From Candidatus Eiseniibacteriota bacterium (GTDB lineage Bacteria > Eisenbacteria > RBG-16-71-46 > SZUA-252), in contig JANMQV010000047.1 in assembly GCA_031370645.1 (NCBI GenBank), positions 1-54,862 of the forward strand: a DNA stretch of 54,862 nt, read 5' to 3'. Shown here in pieces: positions 9,041-17,855 of the stretch. The position numbers were made by a program, and so were the translations under genes. The first letter of the stretch is position 1; each line of letters starts with the position of its first letter. Under the pieces are notes generated by a model. The model made no database searches. It saw only the letters and a list, made by a program, of their open reading frames with translations, and was not told where the DNA came from.

Positions 9041-10924
9041 ATGCGCTTCGATCCGATCCCCGCCCGCGGGTCCGCGCGGCGCGAACGGATCCTCGCGTGG
9101 GCGGTGGGCGCCATCTTCGCCGCGCTCATCCTCCGCCTCTTCACGATGCAAGTCTTGCAAGGGACGCGCTATCGCGAGCTCTCCGAGGAGAACCGGATTC
9201 GCGTGGAAGTCCTGACGGCGCCGCGTGGCGAGATTCGCGACCGGCGCGGGCGTCTCTTGGCCGACAACATCCCTTCCTTCACCGTCACGCTCGATCCCTT
9301 CGACCCGGCTTACCAGGATCATCCCGCGCTCCTCGATTCGACGGTGGCGCGGCTCGGCGTGATCTTGGGCGAGGACCCCGCGGAGATCCGCGACAAGGTG
9401 AAGCGGGAGAAGGGGCGCTCCTTCGTCCCCATTCGGCTGAAGCGAAACGTCGATCTGAGGTCCGTCGCCATCGTCTCGGAGCACGAGGCGACGCTTCCGG
9501 GCGTGGACGTCGAATCGGAGCCGCTTCGGCGCTATCCGCTCGGGCCGATGGGCTCCCACCTGCTCGGATACGTGGGGGAAATCTCCGACAAGGAGCTCGA
9601 CGATCCGAAATACTCCGAGTATCTGCGCGGCGATCTGATCGGGCGGATGGGGATCGAGCGGCAGTACGAGACCTTGCTTCGCGGCGTCGATGGAAAGCGC
9701 TTCGTCGAGGTGAACGCGCTCGGCCGGAAAGCGGAACTCCTCGGGGACAAGCGGCCCATTCTTCCGAGGCGGGGAACCGACCTGACGCTCACGATCGATC
9801 TCGACCTTCAGCGCGCGGCGGAAGAGGCGTTCGCACCGGGCGCCCGAGGCGCGGTCGTCGCGATCGACCCGCGAAACGGCGACGTGCTGGCGCTCGCCAG
9901 CAGGCCGAACTACGACCCGAACGAGCTGACGACCGGCATCACGTTCAAACGCTGGAAAGAACTGAGCGAGGGAGACAATCACGCCCTCTTCAATCGGGCC
10001 ATTCAAGCCGCCTACCCGCCCGGCTCGACCTTGAAGCCGTTCGTGGCCTTGTGCGCCCTGACCACCCGGGCCATCGACGTGGGAACGACCTTCCGCGAAA
10101 CCTGCGACGGTGTGTTCCAATTCGGGAGCCGTCCCTTCCGCTGCTGGAACCCGCGAGGCCACGGCACGCTCGCCATGCGGGGCGCCATCGCGCAATCGTG
10201 CGACGTCTACTTCTATCAGTTGGGAATTCGCCTCGGCCTCGAGCGGCTCGCCGTCTTCATGAAGACGCTCGGTATCTCGGAGCGGTCGGGCATCGACCTT
10301 CCCCAAGAGCGGCGGGGACTCTTTCCCGACCCGGCCTGGTACGACAAGCGCTTCGGTGTCGGACGCTGGAGCCGCGGGCTCATTCTGAACCTCGCGATCG
10401 GACAGGGAGAGTCGTCGGTCACGCCGATTAAGCTGGCTCAGATTACCGCCATGATCGCGAACGGCGGGATGATGTGGCGCCCCCGGGTGGTCCGCGAGGC
10501 GACTCGAAACGGGGCGAAGGTTTCGCTCGGTCCCGCGCGGCCTGACTCGATCTCTCGTCGCCTCGAACTCAACCCCCGCGACGTGCAGCGCGTGCAGGAG
10601 GCGATGGAGGCGGTCGTGTACGACCAGGGCGGAACCGGAGGCCTGTCCAAAGTGGAAGGCATTCGGGTGGCGGGGAAGACCGGCACGGCGCAGACTTCGC
10701 ACGGGGAGGATCACGCCCTCTTCATCTGCTACGCTCCCGCCGAAGCGCCTGAAATCGCGATCGCGGTCCTCGTGGAGAACGCCGGGCACGGCGGTTCGGA
10801 GGCGGCGCCCGTGGCACAGAAGGTCTTGAACGCCTATTTCCACCCCGCCGCCGCCGAGAGCGCGCGCGTGGCGAAGGAACGGGTCGCGGCGAAGGCGCCG
10901 GCGGCCGCGGCGAAGAGGGGCTGA
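9041..10924 (+). CDS. mrdA: Penicillin-binding protein 2
   Basis: APRGEIRDR, YPPGSTLK (SxxK), SCDVYFY, KTGTAQ; ATG 9041 just after the mreD stop. Confidence 0.96.
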   Translation: MRFDPIPARGSARRERILAWAVGAIFAALILRLFTMQVLQGTRYRELSEENRIRVEVLTAPRGEIRDRRGRLLADNIPSFTVTLDPFDPAYQDHPALLDSTVARLGVILGEDPAEIRDKVKREKGRSFVPIRLKRNVDLRSVAIVSEHEATLPGVDVESEPLRRYPLGPMGSHLLGYVGEISDKELDDPKYSEYLRGDLIGRMGIERQYETLLRGVDGKRFVEVNALGRKAELLGDKRPILPRRGTDLTLTIDLDLQRAAEEAFAPGARGAVVAIDPRNGDVLALASRPNYDPNELTTGITFKRWKELSEGDNHALFNRAIQAAYPPGSTLKPFVALCALTTRAIDVGTTFRETCDGVFQFGSRPFRCWNPRGHGTLAMRGAIAQSCDVYFYQLGIRLGLERLAVFMKTLGISERSGIDLPQERRGLFPDPAWYDKRFGVGRWSRGLILNLAIGQGESSVTPIKLAQITAMIANGGMMWRPRVVREATRNGAKVSLGPARPDSISRRLELNPRDVQRVQEAMEAVVYDQGGTGGLSKVEGIRVAGKTGTAQTSHGEDHALFICYAPAEAPEIAIAVLVENAGHGGSEAAPVAQKVLNAYFHPAAAESARVAKERVAAKAPAAAAKRG

Positions 10925-10925
10925 C

Positions 10926-12155
10926 ATGGCGAACATGAGACTCGCGGCCGAAGTCGATCGCCCCCTCATGATCGCGGCCATTCTCCTCGCGCTCATCGGC
11001 ATCGCCTTCGTCTTCAGCGCCACCGCCAATGCGGTGATGGAGGCGAAGCAGGGGCTCTATCTCAAGCAATTCATCTGGCTCGGCATCGCGCTCGCCGGCG
11101 CGGCCGTGACGGCGGCGCTCCCGTACCGAGTCTACGAAGGGAGGACCTCCTACCTCCTCTTCGGGGTCGGCATCGTCCTTCTCGTGTTGACGCTCTTCAT
11201 CGGGCATGTCGGCCTTGGAGCACAGCGATGGCTCGGCTGGGGCCAGCTCAAGTTTCAGCCCTCGGAGTTGGCGAAGGTCGTGACCGTTCTCGCCCTCGCC
11301 ACGGTTCTCTCCGACCGGAAGACCGATCTCACGCAGTTCCGGTCGCTCTTCAAACCCTGCCTTCTGGCGGTCATCCCGTTCGCGCTCGTGCTGAAGCAGC
11401 CCGACCTGGGAACCTCGGTCGCCTTCATCATGATTCTCTTCACGATGCTCTTCTGGGGCGGACTTCCGCCGCTCTACCTCTTCCTTCTCGTCACGCCGCT
11501 CATCAACGTGGCGCTCTCGTTCTTCCTGCCGGTCTGGATACTCTTCGCCGCCGTTCTGGCGCTCGTGCTCTACCGGTCGCGGCTTCGACTGATGCCGATC
11601 CTCATCGTGGTGGCGATCAATCTTCTCGTGGGGATCGTCACGCCGCAGGTCTGGAATCATCTCGAGCCCTATCAGCGCCAGCGCGTCACGACGTTCCTCG
11701 ACCCGAACGGGGATCCGTACGGAGCGGGGTATCAGATCATCCAGTCGAAGATCGCCATCGGATCGGGGCAGATGTGGGGGAAGGGATTCATGAACGGCAC
11801 GCAGAAGGGGCTCGCCTTCCTGCCCGAGCAGCACACCGACTTCATCTTCTCGGTCGTGGGGGAGGAGACCGGATTCCTCGGCGCGGCCGTGGTCACGCTC
11901 CTCTACCTCACGCTCGTCCTCCGCGGCGTGAAAGTGGCGCATCACGCGCGAAATCGATTCGGGAGCCTCCTCGCGATTGGCATGACCGCGATCTTCCTGT
12001 ACCATATTTTGGTGAACATCTGCATGACGGTGGGCTTAGCCCCCGTCACAGGCCTCCCCCTACCGCTTCTGAGTTACGGAGGCACGTCGCTTCTGACGAG
12101 CTTCATTCAAATCGGCCTGATCCAAAACGTCGCCATGCGATGGCGGGAGTACTGA
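10926..12155 (+). CDS. rodA: SEDS peptidoglycan glycosyltransferase RodA
   Basis: GAQRW, FQPSELAK, QPDLGT, PEQHTDFIF, SYGGTS. Confidence 0.96.
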   Translation: MANMRLAAEVDRPLMIAAILLALIGIAFVFSATANAVMEAKQGLYLKQFIWLGIALAGAAVTAALPYRVYEGRTSYLLFGVGIVLLVLTLFIGHVGLGAQRWLGWGQLKFQPSELAKVVTVLALATVLSDRKTDLTQFRSLFKPCLLAVIPFALVLKQPDLGTSVAFIMILFTMLFWGGLPPLYLFLLVTPLINVALSFFLPVWILFAAVLALVLYRSRLRLMPILIVVAINLLVGIVTPQVWNHLEPYQRQRVTTFLDPNGDPYGAGYQIIQSKIAIGSGQMWGKGFMNGTQKGLAFLPEQHTDFIFSVVGEETGFLGAAVVTLLYLTLVLRGVKVAHHARNRFGSLLAIGMTAIFLYHILVNICMTVGLAPVTGLPLPLLSYGGTSLLTSFIQIGLIQNVAMRWREY

Positions 12156-12167
12156 CCCGGGACTGAT

Positions 12168-13019
12168 GTGCATCCAACCCTTCTGAAGTTCCACGGCCTC
12201 GAGCTTCACAGCTACGGGCTCCTTCTCGCGATTGCGTTCCTCCTCGGCATCCAGATCTTCGTGGCGCGCGCCCGCGCGCGGGGAATCGCGGAAGAGCCGA
12301 TGCAGACCCTCTCCCTCTGGCTCCTCGTTCTCGCCATCGTCGGGGCGCGGATCCTGTTCGTCATCACGCATTGGGGTGACTACGCCGCCGATCCGGTCGC
12401 AATCCTCCGGCTTTGGGAGGGGGGATTGATCCTCTACGGCGGGTACGTCTTCGCGATCGCGGGCGGCATCCTCTACGTTCGGAGCCGCGGCATCCGCGTC
12501 TGGCGCGTGGGAGACGCCGCGGCACCGAGCATGGCGCTCGGCATCGCCATCGGCCGCGTCGGCTGCTTCCTGAACGGCTGCTGCTACGGACTGCCGACGA
12601 TGCTTCCGTGGGGAGTCCGCTTCCCGAACGACAGCATCGCCTCGTACACGTTCCCGGGGGCCCCGCTTCATCCGTCGCAGGTATACCTGTCGCTCGCGGG
12701 GCTCGCGATCTTCATCTGGCTCCTCGTCGTCGACCGGAAGCCACACTTCGAGGGGTGGCTCTTCTGGACGTACATCGCCGTCGATGCGGCGTTCCGGTTC
12801 CTCATCGACTTCACTCGTTACTATGACGCCACGAGCGCTATCGGCACTCTCGGCGGCCTCTCGTTCAACATGAATCAGGTCCTGAGCGGCGGGTTGATTC
12901 TGCTGTCCGTGGTCATGCTCGCGATCCTGTCGCGGCGCCCGGCCGCCCCCGACGCCGCACTCCCCGCGGCCGCGAGCGGCGCCGCCTCCGACGCTCCGGG
13001 CCCCGCGCCCACGGCGTAG
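12168..13019 (+). CDS. lgt: Prolipoprotein diacylglyceryl transferase
   Basis: SYG, GAR, WEGGLILYGG, GRVGCFLNGCCYG, HPSQVY. Confidence 0.93.
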   Translation: MHPTLLKFHGLELHSYGLLLAIAFLLGIQIFVARARARGIAEEPMQTLSLWLLVLAIVGARILFVITHWGDYAADPVAILRLWEGGLILYGGYVFAIAGGILYVRSRGIRVWRVGDAAAPSMALGIAIGRVGCFLNGCCYGLPTMLPWGVRFPNDSIASYTFPGAPLHPSQVYLSLAGLAIFIWLLVVDRKPHFEGWLFWTYIAVDAAFRFLIDFTRYYDATSAIGTLGGLSFNMNQVLSGGLILLSVVMLAILSRRPAAPDAALPAAASGAASDAPGPAPTA

Positions 13020-13023
13020 CGCC

Positions 13024-13857
13024 GTGCGATTCGCGGTTCTCGGATCACCCGTCTCCCATTCGCTCTCTCCCGCGATCCAGTCCGCCGCGTTCGCCGCGAC
13101 GGGGATTGAGGCCGTCTATGAAGCGCGCGAAGTCTCCGCGGCCGATCTGCCGTCGGCGCTCCCCGCGCTTTACACCGAGGGGTTCGCCGGGTTGAACCTC
13201 ACGGCGCCGCTCAAGGAGGCCGTCTGGCCGCTCCTGGCCGGCGCGACGCCGGAGGCTTCGCTCCTCCGTTCGGTGAACACGCTGAAGCGGATGGAACAGG
13301 GCTGGGAAGGGCACGCGACCGACGGGCTCGGCTTCGCCGCTTGGGCGCGCGAGGTTTCGTTGCCGGTGTCGGGCGCGCGGGTGCTCCTGCTGGGATCGGG
13401 CGGCGCGGCGCGCGCGGTGGCGCCCACGTTGGCGGCGCTCGGGGCTTCGGCCGTGACGGTCGTGTCGCGGAACGCCTCCCGCGCGGCCTCGGTCACGGCG
13501 CTTGGCGAGCGGCAAAACGGCGGGACCGCCTGGAGCGCCGCGTCGCTCGACGCCGACCGGGTGGCGGACGAAGAAGGGGAATTCAATCTTCTCGTCCGTT
13601 CGCTCTCGGTCTCGGAGCTCGCCGCCGGGGAATCGGCGTGGTGGGAGCGGTTGGCCGACGCCGCGCCGGTGGTCGATCTGAATTATGGCACCCGTGCCGG
13701 GACGATTCGGCGCGCGGCGCGCGACGCGGGGCGTCCATTTCACGACGGGTTGGGGATGTTGCTTCACCAAGGCGCGCTCTCGTTCACCTACTGGACGGGG
13801 AGAGAGGCGCCGCTCGATGCGATGCGGCGCGCGCTGAAGGAGGCGGCGCCGGGATAA
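13024..13857 (+). CDS. aroE: Shikimate dehydrogenase
   Basis: GSPVSHSLSP, NLTAPLK, VNT, TDG, GSGGAARA, DGLGMLLHQG. Confidence 0.9.
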   Translation: MRFAVLGSPVSHSLSPAIQSAAFAATGIEAVYEAREVSAADLPSALPALYTEGFAGLNLTAPLKEAVWPLLAGATPEASLLRSVNTLKRMEQGWEGHATDGLGFAAWAREVSLPVSGARVLLLGSGGAARAVAPTLAALGASAVTVVSRNASRAASVTALGERQNGGTAWSAASLDADRVADEEGEFNLLVRSLSVSELAAGESAWWERLADAAPVVDLNYGTRAGTIRRAARDAGRPFHDGLGMLLHQGALSFTYWTGREAPLDAMRRALKEAAPG

Positions 13858-13878
13858 CGATTCCGAAGGGAGGGGAGC

Positions 13879-14709
13879 ATGCGTGGGGGATGGAATCGAC
13901 TGATGGTATCGGCGCGACGCTTCGCGAGCGACTCGGCCTCGGACCTGTTGGACGCAGTGACCGACCGGCGTTGCGCGGGGTGCCGCGGCCCCGCCGAGCG
14001 GCGACGCCCCGTTTGCGACGCCTGCGACGCCGCGATCGGCCGCCTCGGTTCGGTGCTCTGCCTTCGCTGCCTTCACGGTGGAGATGCCGAGCATTCGCGG
14101 AAACGCGCCGCGCGCGACGAAGGCGGTTGCCCGCGACACGGCTCGAGCCGCCTCGTGCTCGCGGGCCCTGCTTACGAATCGCCGCTCGACGCGATCGTCC
14201 GCGCGTTCAAGTACGAAGGGAATTCACACCTCGCCCCCTGGGTCGCCTCTCTCGTACCGCCTCCCCCCGCGCTTCGCGAATCGTTCGGACGCGAAGCGCT
14301 TCTGGTTCCGGTCCCGCTCCACCCCGCGCGCCGCGCGTCGCGCGGATACGATCAAGCGCACCTGCTCGCGGAGTGCCTGGGGCGCTGGTGGGGCGTTCCC
14401 GTGGCGCCCCTTCTCGAGCGGCGGCGCGAAACCAGCCCACAGGCCCGGCTCGATTCAACGGCCCGGCGCGGCACGATGGAGGCCGCGTTTCGCCTCCGCA
14501 CGGAGGCCCGATCACTCGCGCACGGGAGGCCGCTCCTCCTCGTCGATGACGTGGTCACGACCGGCACGACCCTCCTCGCCGCCGCGCAGGTGGCGGAAGA
14601 GGCCGGCCCAGCCTGGATTCTTGCCCTCTCCGCGGCCCATGGGGGCGACCCTGAGGGGGCGCAATCCTCGGCCCATGCGAAGGTTGCGGCTCCAGGGGGC
14701 CTGTGCTAG
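13879..14709 (+). CDS. comF: ComF family protein (zinc ribbon + phosphoribosyltransferase-like)
   Basis: CAGC/CDAC/CLRC/CPRH, FKY, VPVPLH..R...RGYDQ, LLVDDVVTTGTTL. Confidence 0.85.
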   Translation: MRGGWNRLMVSARRFASDSASDLLDAVTDRRCAGCRGPAERRRPVCDACDAAIGRLGSVLCLRCLHGGDAEHSRKRAARDEGGCPRHGSSRLVLAGPAYESPLDAIVRAFKYEGNSHLAPWVASLVPPPPALRESFGREALLVPVPLHPARRASRGYDQAHLLAECLGRWWGVPVAPLLERRRETSPQARLDSTARRGTMEAAFRLRTEARSLAHGRPLLLVDDVVTTGTTLLAAAQVAEEAGPAWILALSAAHGGDPEGAQSSAHAKVAAPGGLC

Positions 14710-14712
14710 AGT
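14684..14712 (+). promoter_or_regulatory. Sigma70-type promoter for the radical SAM-rng-rplU-rpmA-mdh unit
   Basis: TTGCGG-N17-TAGAGT with a TGTG extended -10, overlapping the comF stop. Confidence 0.5.
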
Positions 14713-14810
14713 CTCAGGCTTGGCGGAATGGGAGTGGCCTGTCCCATGACTGCCGCTAACGATTTATTTCCGAACCACTTGCCACGATCGCACACGACCG
14801 AGGGAGGGGC

Positions 14811-17800
14811 ATGGACAAGCTGCGTCTATTGGACGAAGCGTACCTGCCGCTGGTAACCAAGCCGAGCCGTTACGTGGGTAGCTTTCTCCACGCGGCGCGG
14901 AAGGACCCGGCGCAGGCGAAGGTCCGTGTGCTTCTTTGCTTCCCCGACCTCTACGAGATCGGGATGTCGTATCTCGGACTGAAGATTCTCTATCACATCA
15001 TCAACGGCCGTCCCGACGGAGTGGCCGAGCTCTGCTTTACGCCGTGGGGCGACATGGAGCGGCTCATGCGCGCGGAAGGGATTCCTCTCTACTCGCTCGA
15101 GTCGCGCACGCCCGCTCGCCAGTTCGACGTCATGGGCTTCTCGCTCCAGTACGAGCTCGCCTACACGAACATGCTCACGATGATCGACCTCTCGGGGGTT
15201 CCGCTCCGCGCGAAGGATCGCCGCGAGGACGACCCGATCGTCATCGCGGGCGGACTCTGCACGGTGAACCCCGAGCCCTTCTCGCCCTTCGTCGACGCGG
15301 TCGTGATCGGCGACGGCGAAGAGATCATGAAGGAAGTCTGCGACCTGGTCGCGGAGCGCCGCGCGAGCGGCATGCCTCGCGCCGAAATGCTCAAGCGCCT
15401 CGCGGCGCTCGAAGGGGTTTACGTTCCATCGCTCTTCGACGAGGTGATGAATCCGTACGGCTTCATCGTGCGGGAAGCGAAAGAGGGAACGCCCGTATCG
15501 CGCCCCCGCTTCCGCTGGGTGCCTTCGCTCGACCCCGCCTACTACCCGGAGAAGCCGCTCATCTCGCCGACCGAGGTGACGCACGACCGGCTCGGCGTCG
15601 AGGTGATGCGCGGTTGCACGCGCGGCTGCCGCTTCTGTCTGGCCGGCTACATGAACCGTCCGCTTCGCGAGAAGCGCGCCGATCAGGTGACGAACGAGGT
15701 GCAGTGCGGCATCGTCCACGCCGGATGGGACGAGGTGTCGCTCCTTTCGCTCTCGACCACGGATTACAAGCAGTTGCCGGTTGTGCTCCACGAGCTCGAC
15801 CGCTTCACGAATGAGTACGGCGTCTCGATCTCGCTTCCCTCGACCCGCGTCGGAACGCTCGCGCCGTCTGTGGCCGAGAAGATCGGCCAGGGGCGGAAGG
15901 GGAGCATCACGTTTGCGCCCGAAGCCGGGACGCAGCGGATGCGGGACGTGATCAACAAGGGGATCGACGAAGCCGAGCTCGAGTACTCGGTGAAACTGGC
16001 GCGCGACCAGGGGTGGGGCGGCATCAAGTTCTACTTCATGATCGGACTGCCGACCGAGACGATGGAAGACATCGACGGCATCGCCGACGTGCTCCGGAAG
16101 TCGCAGGCGTGGGCCAAGGGCGGCAACAAGCGGATGCACTTCAACGTCGGCATCTCGCCGCATGTGCCGAAGTCGCACACGCCGTTCCAGTGGGAAGTCC
16201 AGGACGACATGGAAACCCTCTGGAAGAAGATCGACCGCTTGAAGGCGGGTTTTCGCGGCATGAATAACGTCCGGCTCAAGTGGCGTGATCCGAAGACGAC
16301 GGTTCTGGAAGGTGTCTTTGCCCGAGGCGACGTGCGGACGGCGGACGCGCTCGAGGCTGCCTGGCGTCTCGGCGCCCGCTTCGACGGATGGTCGGAGTGC
16401 TTCGACTTCGATCTCTGGATGCGCGCGTTCGAACAGGTCGGCATCGATCCGAACGTCTACCTCCGGCCGCGCGACCTGGACGAGCAGTTGCCGTGGGAAC
16501 ACATCCGGACTCCGGTCGTGAAGAAGTTCCTCTTGGCCGAGCGGGGGAAGGCCTACGCCGCCGCACTCACGCCAGACTGCCGCGACCACGCCTGCTATCG
16601 CTGCGGCGCGCCCTGCTTCACGCCGAAGGCGCGCGAAGGGCGCCGCGTGTCGCTCCAGATGGCGCCGGGCCAGGGAAGCGATCCCGCCTCGCTAGCGTTC
16701 GCCATCCCGGCCGATGTCACGACGGAAGAGATCCGCGCGCGGATGATCGAATTGAAGTCGGCGCCGATCGAGGGATTGAAGAGTGCGCCGATCGAGGCCA
16801 ACGGCCAGGAAGCGAATGGCCACGCGACGAATGGTCATGCCGCGAACGGGCACGATACGAACGGGCACGATACGAACGGGCACGCCGCGAATGGCGGTGC
16901 GGCGGTGCACGCTGAAACCAACGGAAACGGCAATGGCGATGGAGACGGGAACGGGGCCGCTGAAACGAGCGGCACCCTCATCTCCCGCACCTTCGGCCGC
17001 CGCCGGAAGTCCTGGCCGGTCGCGCAGAAGGGCGCCCAAGCGACGCGCTACCGGGTCGCCTTCGAAAAGGTCGGTCCGGCGCGTTTCACCTCGCACCTCG
17101 ATCTCGTACGGATCTTCGACCGCGCCATTCGCGTGACGAAGATTCCGATGGCCTATACGCAAGGATTCAACCGCCACGCGAAGATCGCGTACGGACCGCC
17201 ACTCTCGCTCGGGGCGACGAGCAAGGCCGAATATTTCGACCTGGAGCTGGCGCAGGCGGTGCCTTGGAACACCATCGAAGCGCTGAACGACGTTCTTCCG
17301 GAGGGATATACCATCCTGGAAGGGCGTCCGTTCTCGCGGAACGTGGATTCGCTCATGTCGGTGATCACGCGCGCGGACTATCGCGTGCGGCTCACCGGAT
17401 CGCTGATGGACCGGCTGGCGCGCGGTGAAGATGTCCACCGTGTGCGGCAGGAGCTGGAGCGGAACGCGGAAGCGTTTCGCGCGGCGGCGGAATGGCTCGT
17501 GACGAAGCCGAGCCAGGGTGTGGCGAAGATCGTGAACGCCCGCCCCGCCGTGATCTCGCTGGAGCTCGACGACGAGGGTTCGATCCCCGGCGTGCGAGTC
17601 GCGACGCGCCTCCAGGCGCCGGGCTACCTACGCCCGGACTACCTCCTCCGCAGCCTGCTGCCATCCTTTGATTTCGATTCCCGACTCCTGCAGATCAGCC
17701 GCGAGGCTCTCTGCGTTGAGCGGGGAACGACGCTCCTCTCGCCTCTCGAGGCGCTGGAGGAATCGTCGTTCTGGCGGGCGGTACCCGTGGACCGCGACGG

Positions 17801-17855
17801 TGCGACCACGACGGATGCTGCCCTGGAGGTGGATGCGCCGAGAGATCATCATTAA
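14811..17855 (+). CDS. TIGR03960-type B12-binding radical SAM protein fused to a TIGR03936-type radical SAM-linked (DUF2344) domain
   Basis: KPSRY, FPDLYEIGMS, GFSLQYEL, RGCTRGCRFC (CxxxCxxC), APEAGTQRMR, YFMIGLPTE, CRDHACYRCGAPC; C-terminal KVGPARFTSHLDL...YTQGFN...AEYFD. Confidence 0.9.
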   Translation: MDKLRLLDEAYLPLVTKPSRYVGSFLHAARKDPAQAKVRVLLCFPDLYEIGMSYLGLKILYHIINGRPDGVAELCFTPWGDMERLMRAEGIPLYSLESRTPARQFDVMGFSLQYELAYTNMLTMIDLSGVPLRAKDRREDDPIVIAGGLCTVNPEPFSPFVDAVVIGDGEEIMKEVCDLVAERRASGMPRAEMLKRLAALEGVYVPSLFDEVMNPYGFIVREAKEGTPVSRPRFRWVPSLDPAYYPEKPLISPTEVTHDRLGVEVMRGCTRGCRFCLAGYMNRPLREKRADQVTNEVQCGIVHAGWDEVSLLSLSTTDYKQLPVVLHELDRFTNEYGVSISLPSTRVGTLAPSVAEKIGQGRKGSITFAPEAGTQRMRDVINKGIDEAELEYSVKLARDQGWGGIKFYFMIGLPTETMEDIDGIADVLRKSQAWAKGGNKRMHFNVGISPHVPKSHTPFQWEVQDDMETLWKKIDRLKAGFRGMNNVRLKWRDPKTTVLEGVFARGDVRTADALEAAWRLGARFDGWSECFDFDLWMRAFEQVGIDPNVYLRPRDLDEQLPWEHIRTPVVKKFLLAERGKAYAAALTPDCRDHACYRCGAPCFTPKAREGRRVSLQMAPGQGSDPASLAFAIPADVTTEEIRARMIELKSAPIEGLKSAPIEANGQEANGHATNGHAANGHDTNGHDTNGHAANGGAAVHAETNGNGNGDGDGNGAAETSGTLISRTFGRRRKSWPVAQKGAQATRYRVAFEKVGPARFTSHLDLVRIFDRAIRVTKIPMAYTQGFNRHAKIAYGPPLSLGATSKAEYFDLELAQAVPWNTIEALNDVLPEGYTILEGRPFSRNVDSLMSVITRADYRVRLTGSLMDRLARGEDVHRVRQELERNAEAFRAAAEWLVTKPSQGVAKIVNARPAVISLELDDEGSIPGVRVATRLQAPGYLRPDYLLRSLLPSFDFDSRLLQISREALCVERGTTLLSPLEALEESSFWRAVPVDRDGATTTDAALEVDAPRDHH
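16751..16898 (+). repeat. In-frame tandem repeats in the radical SAM linker: 2x24 bp (LKSAPIE) and 7x15 bp (xxNG[H/Q/G])
   Basis: ATTGAAGTCGGCGCCGATCGAGG / ATTGAAGAGTGCGCCGATCGAGG; CGAACGGGCACGATA perfect at 16843-16872 plus a partial third copy. Confidence 0.9.

Noticed and set aside
14713..14810. Possible SAM-I or cobalamin riboswitch ahead of the B12/radical SAM gene
   Set aside because: Superficial likeness to SAM-I P2 (GGCGGA..GGGA.TGGCC), but there is no P1 ATC/GAT, no GCAACC/GGTGC P3 and no B12 box, and the leader is short
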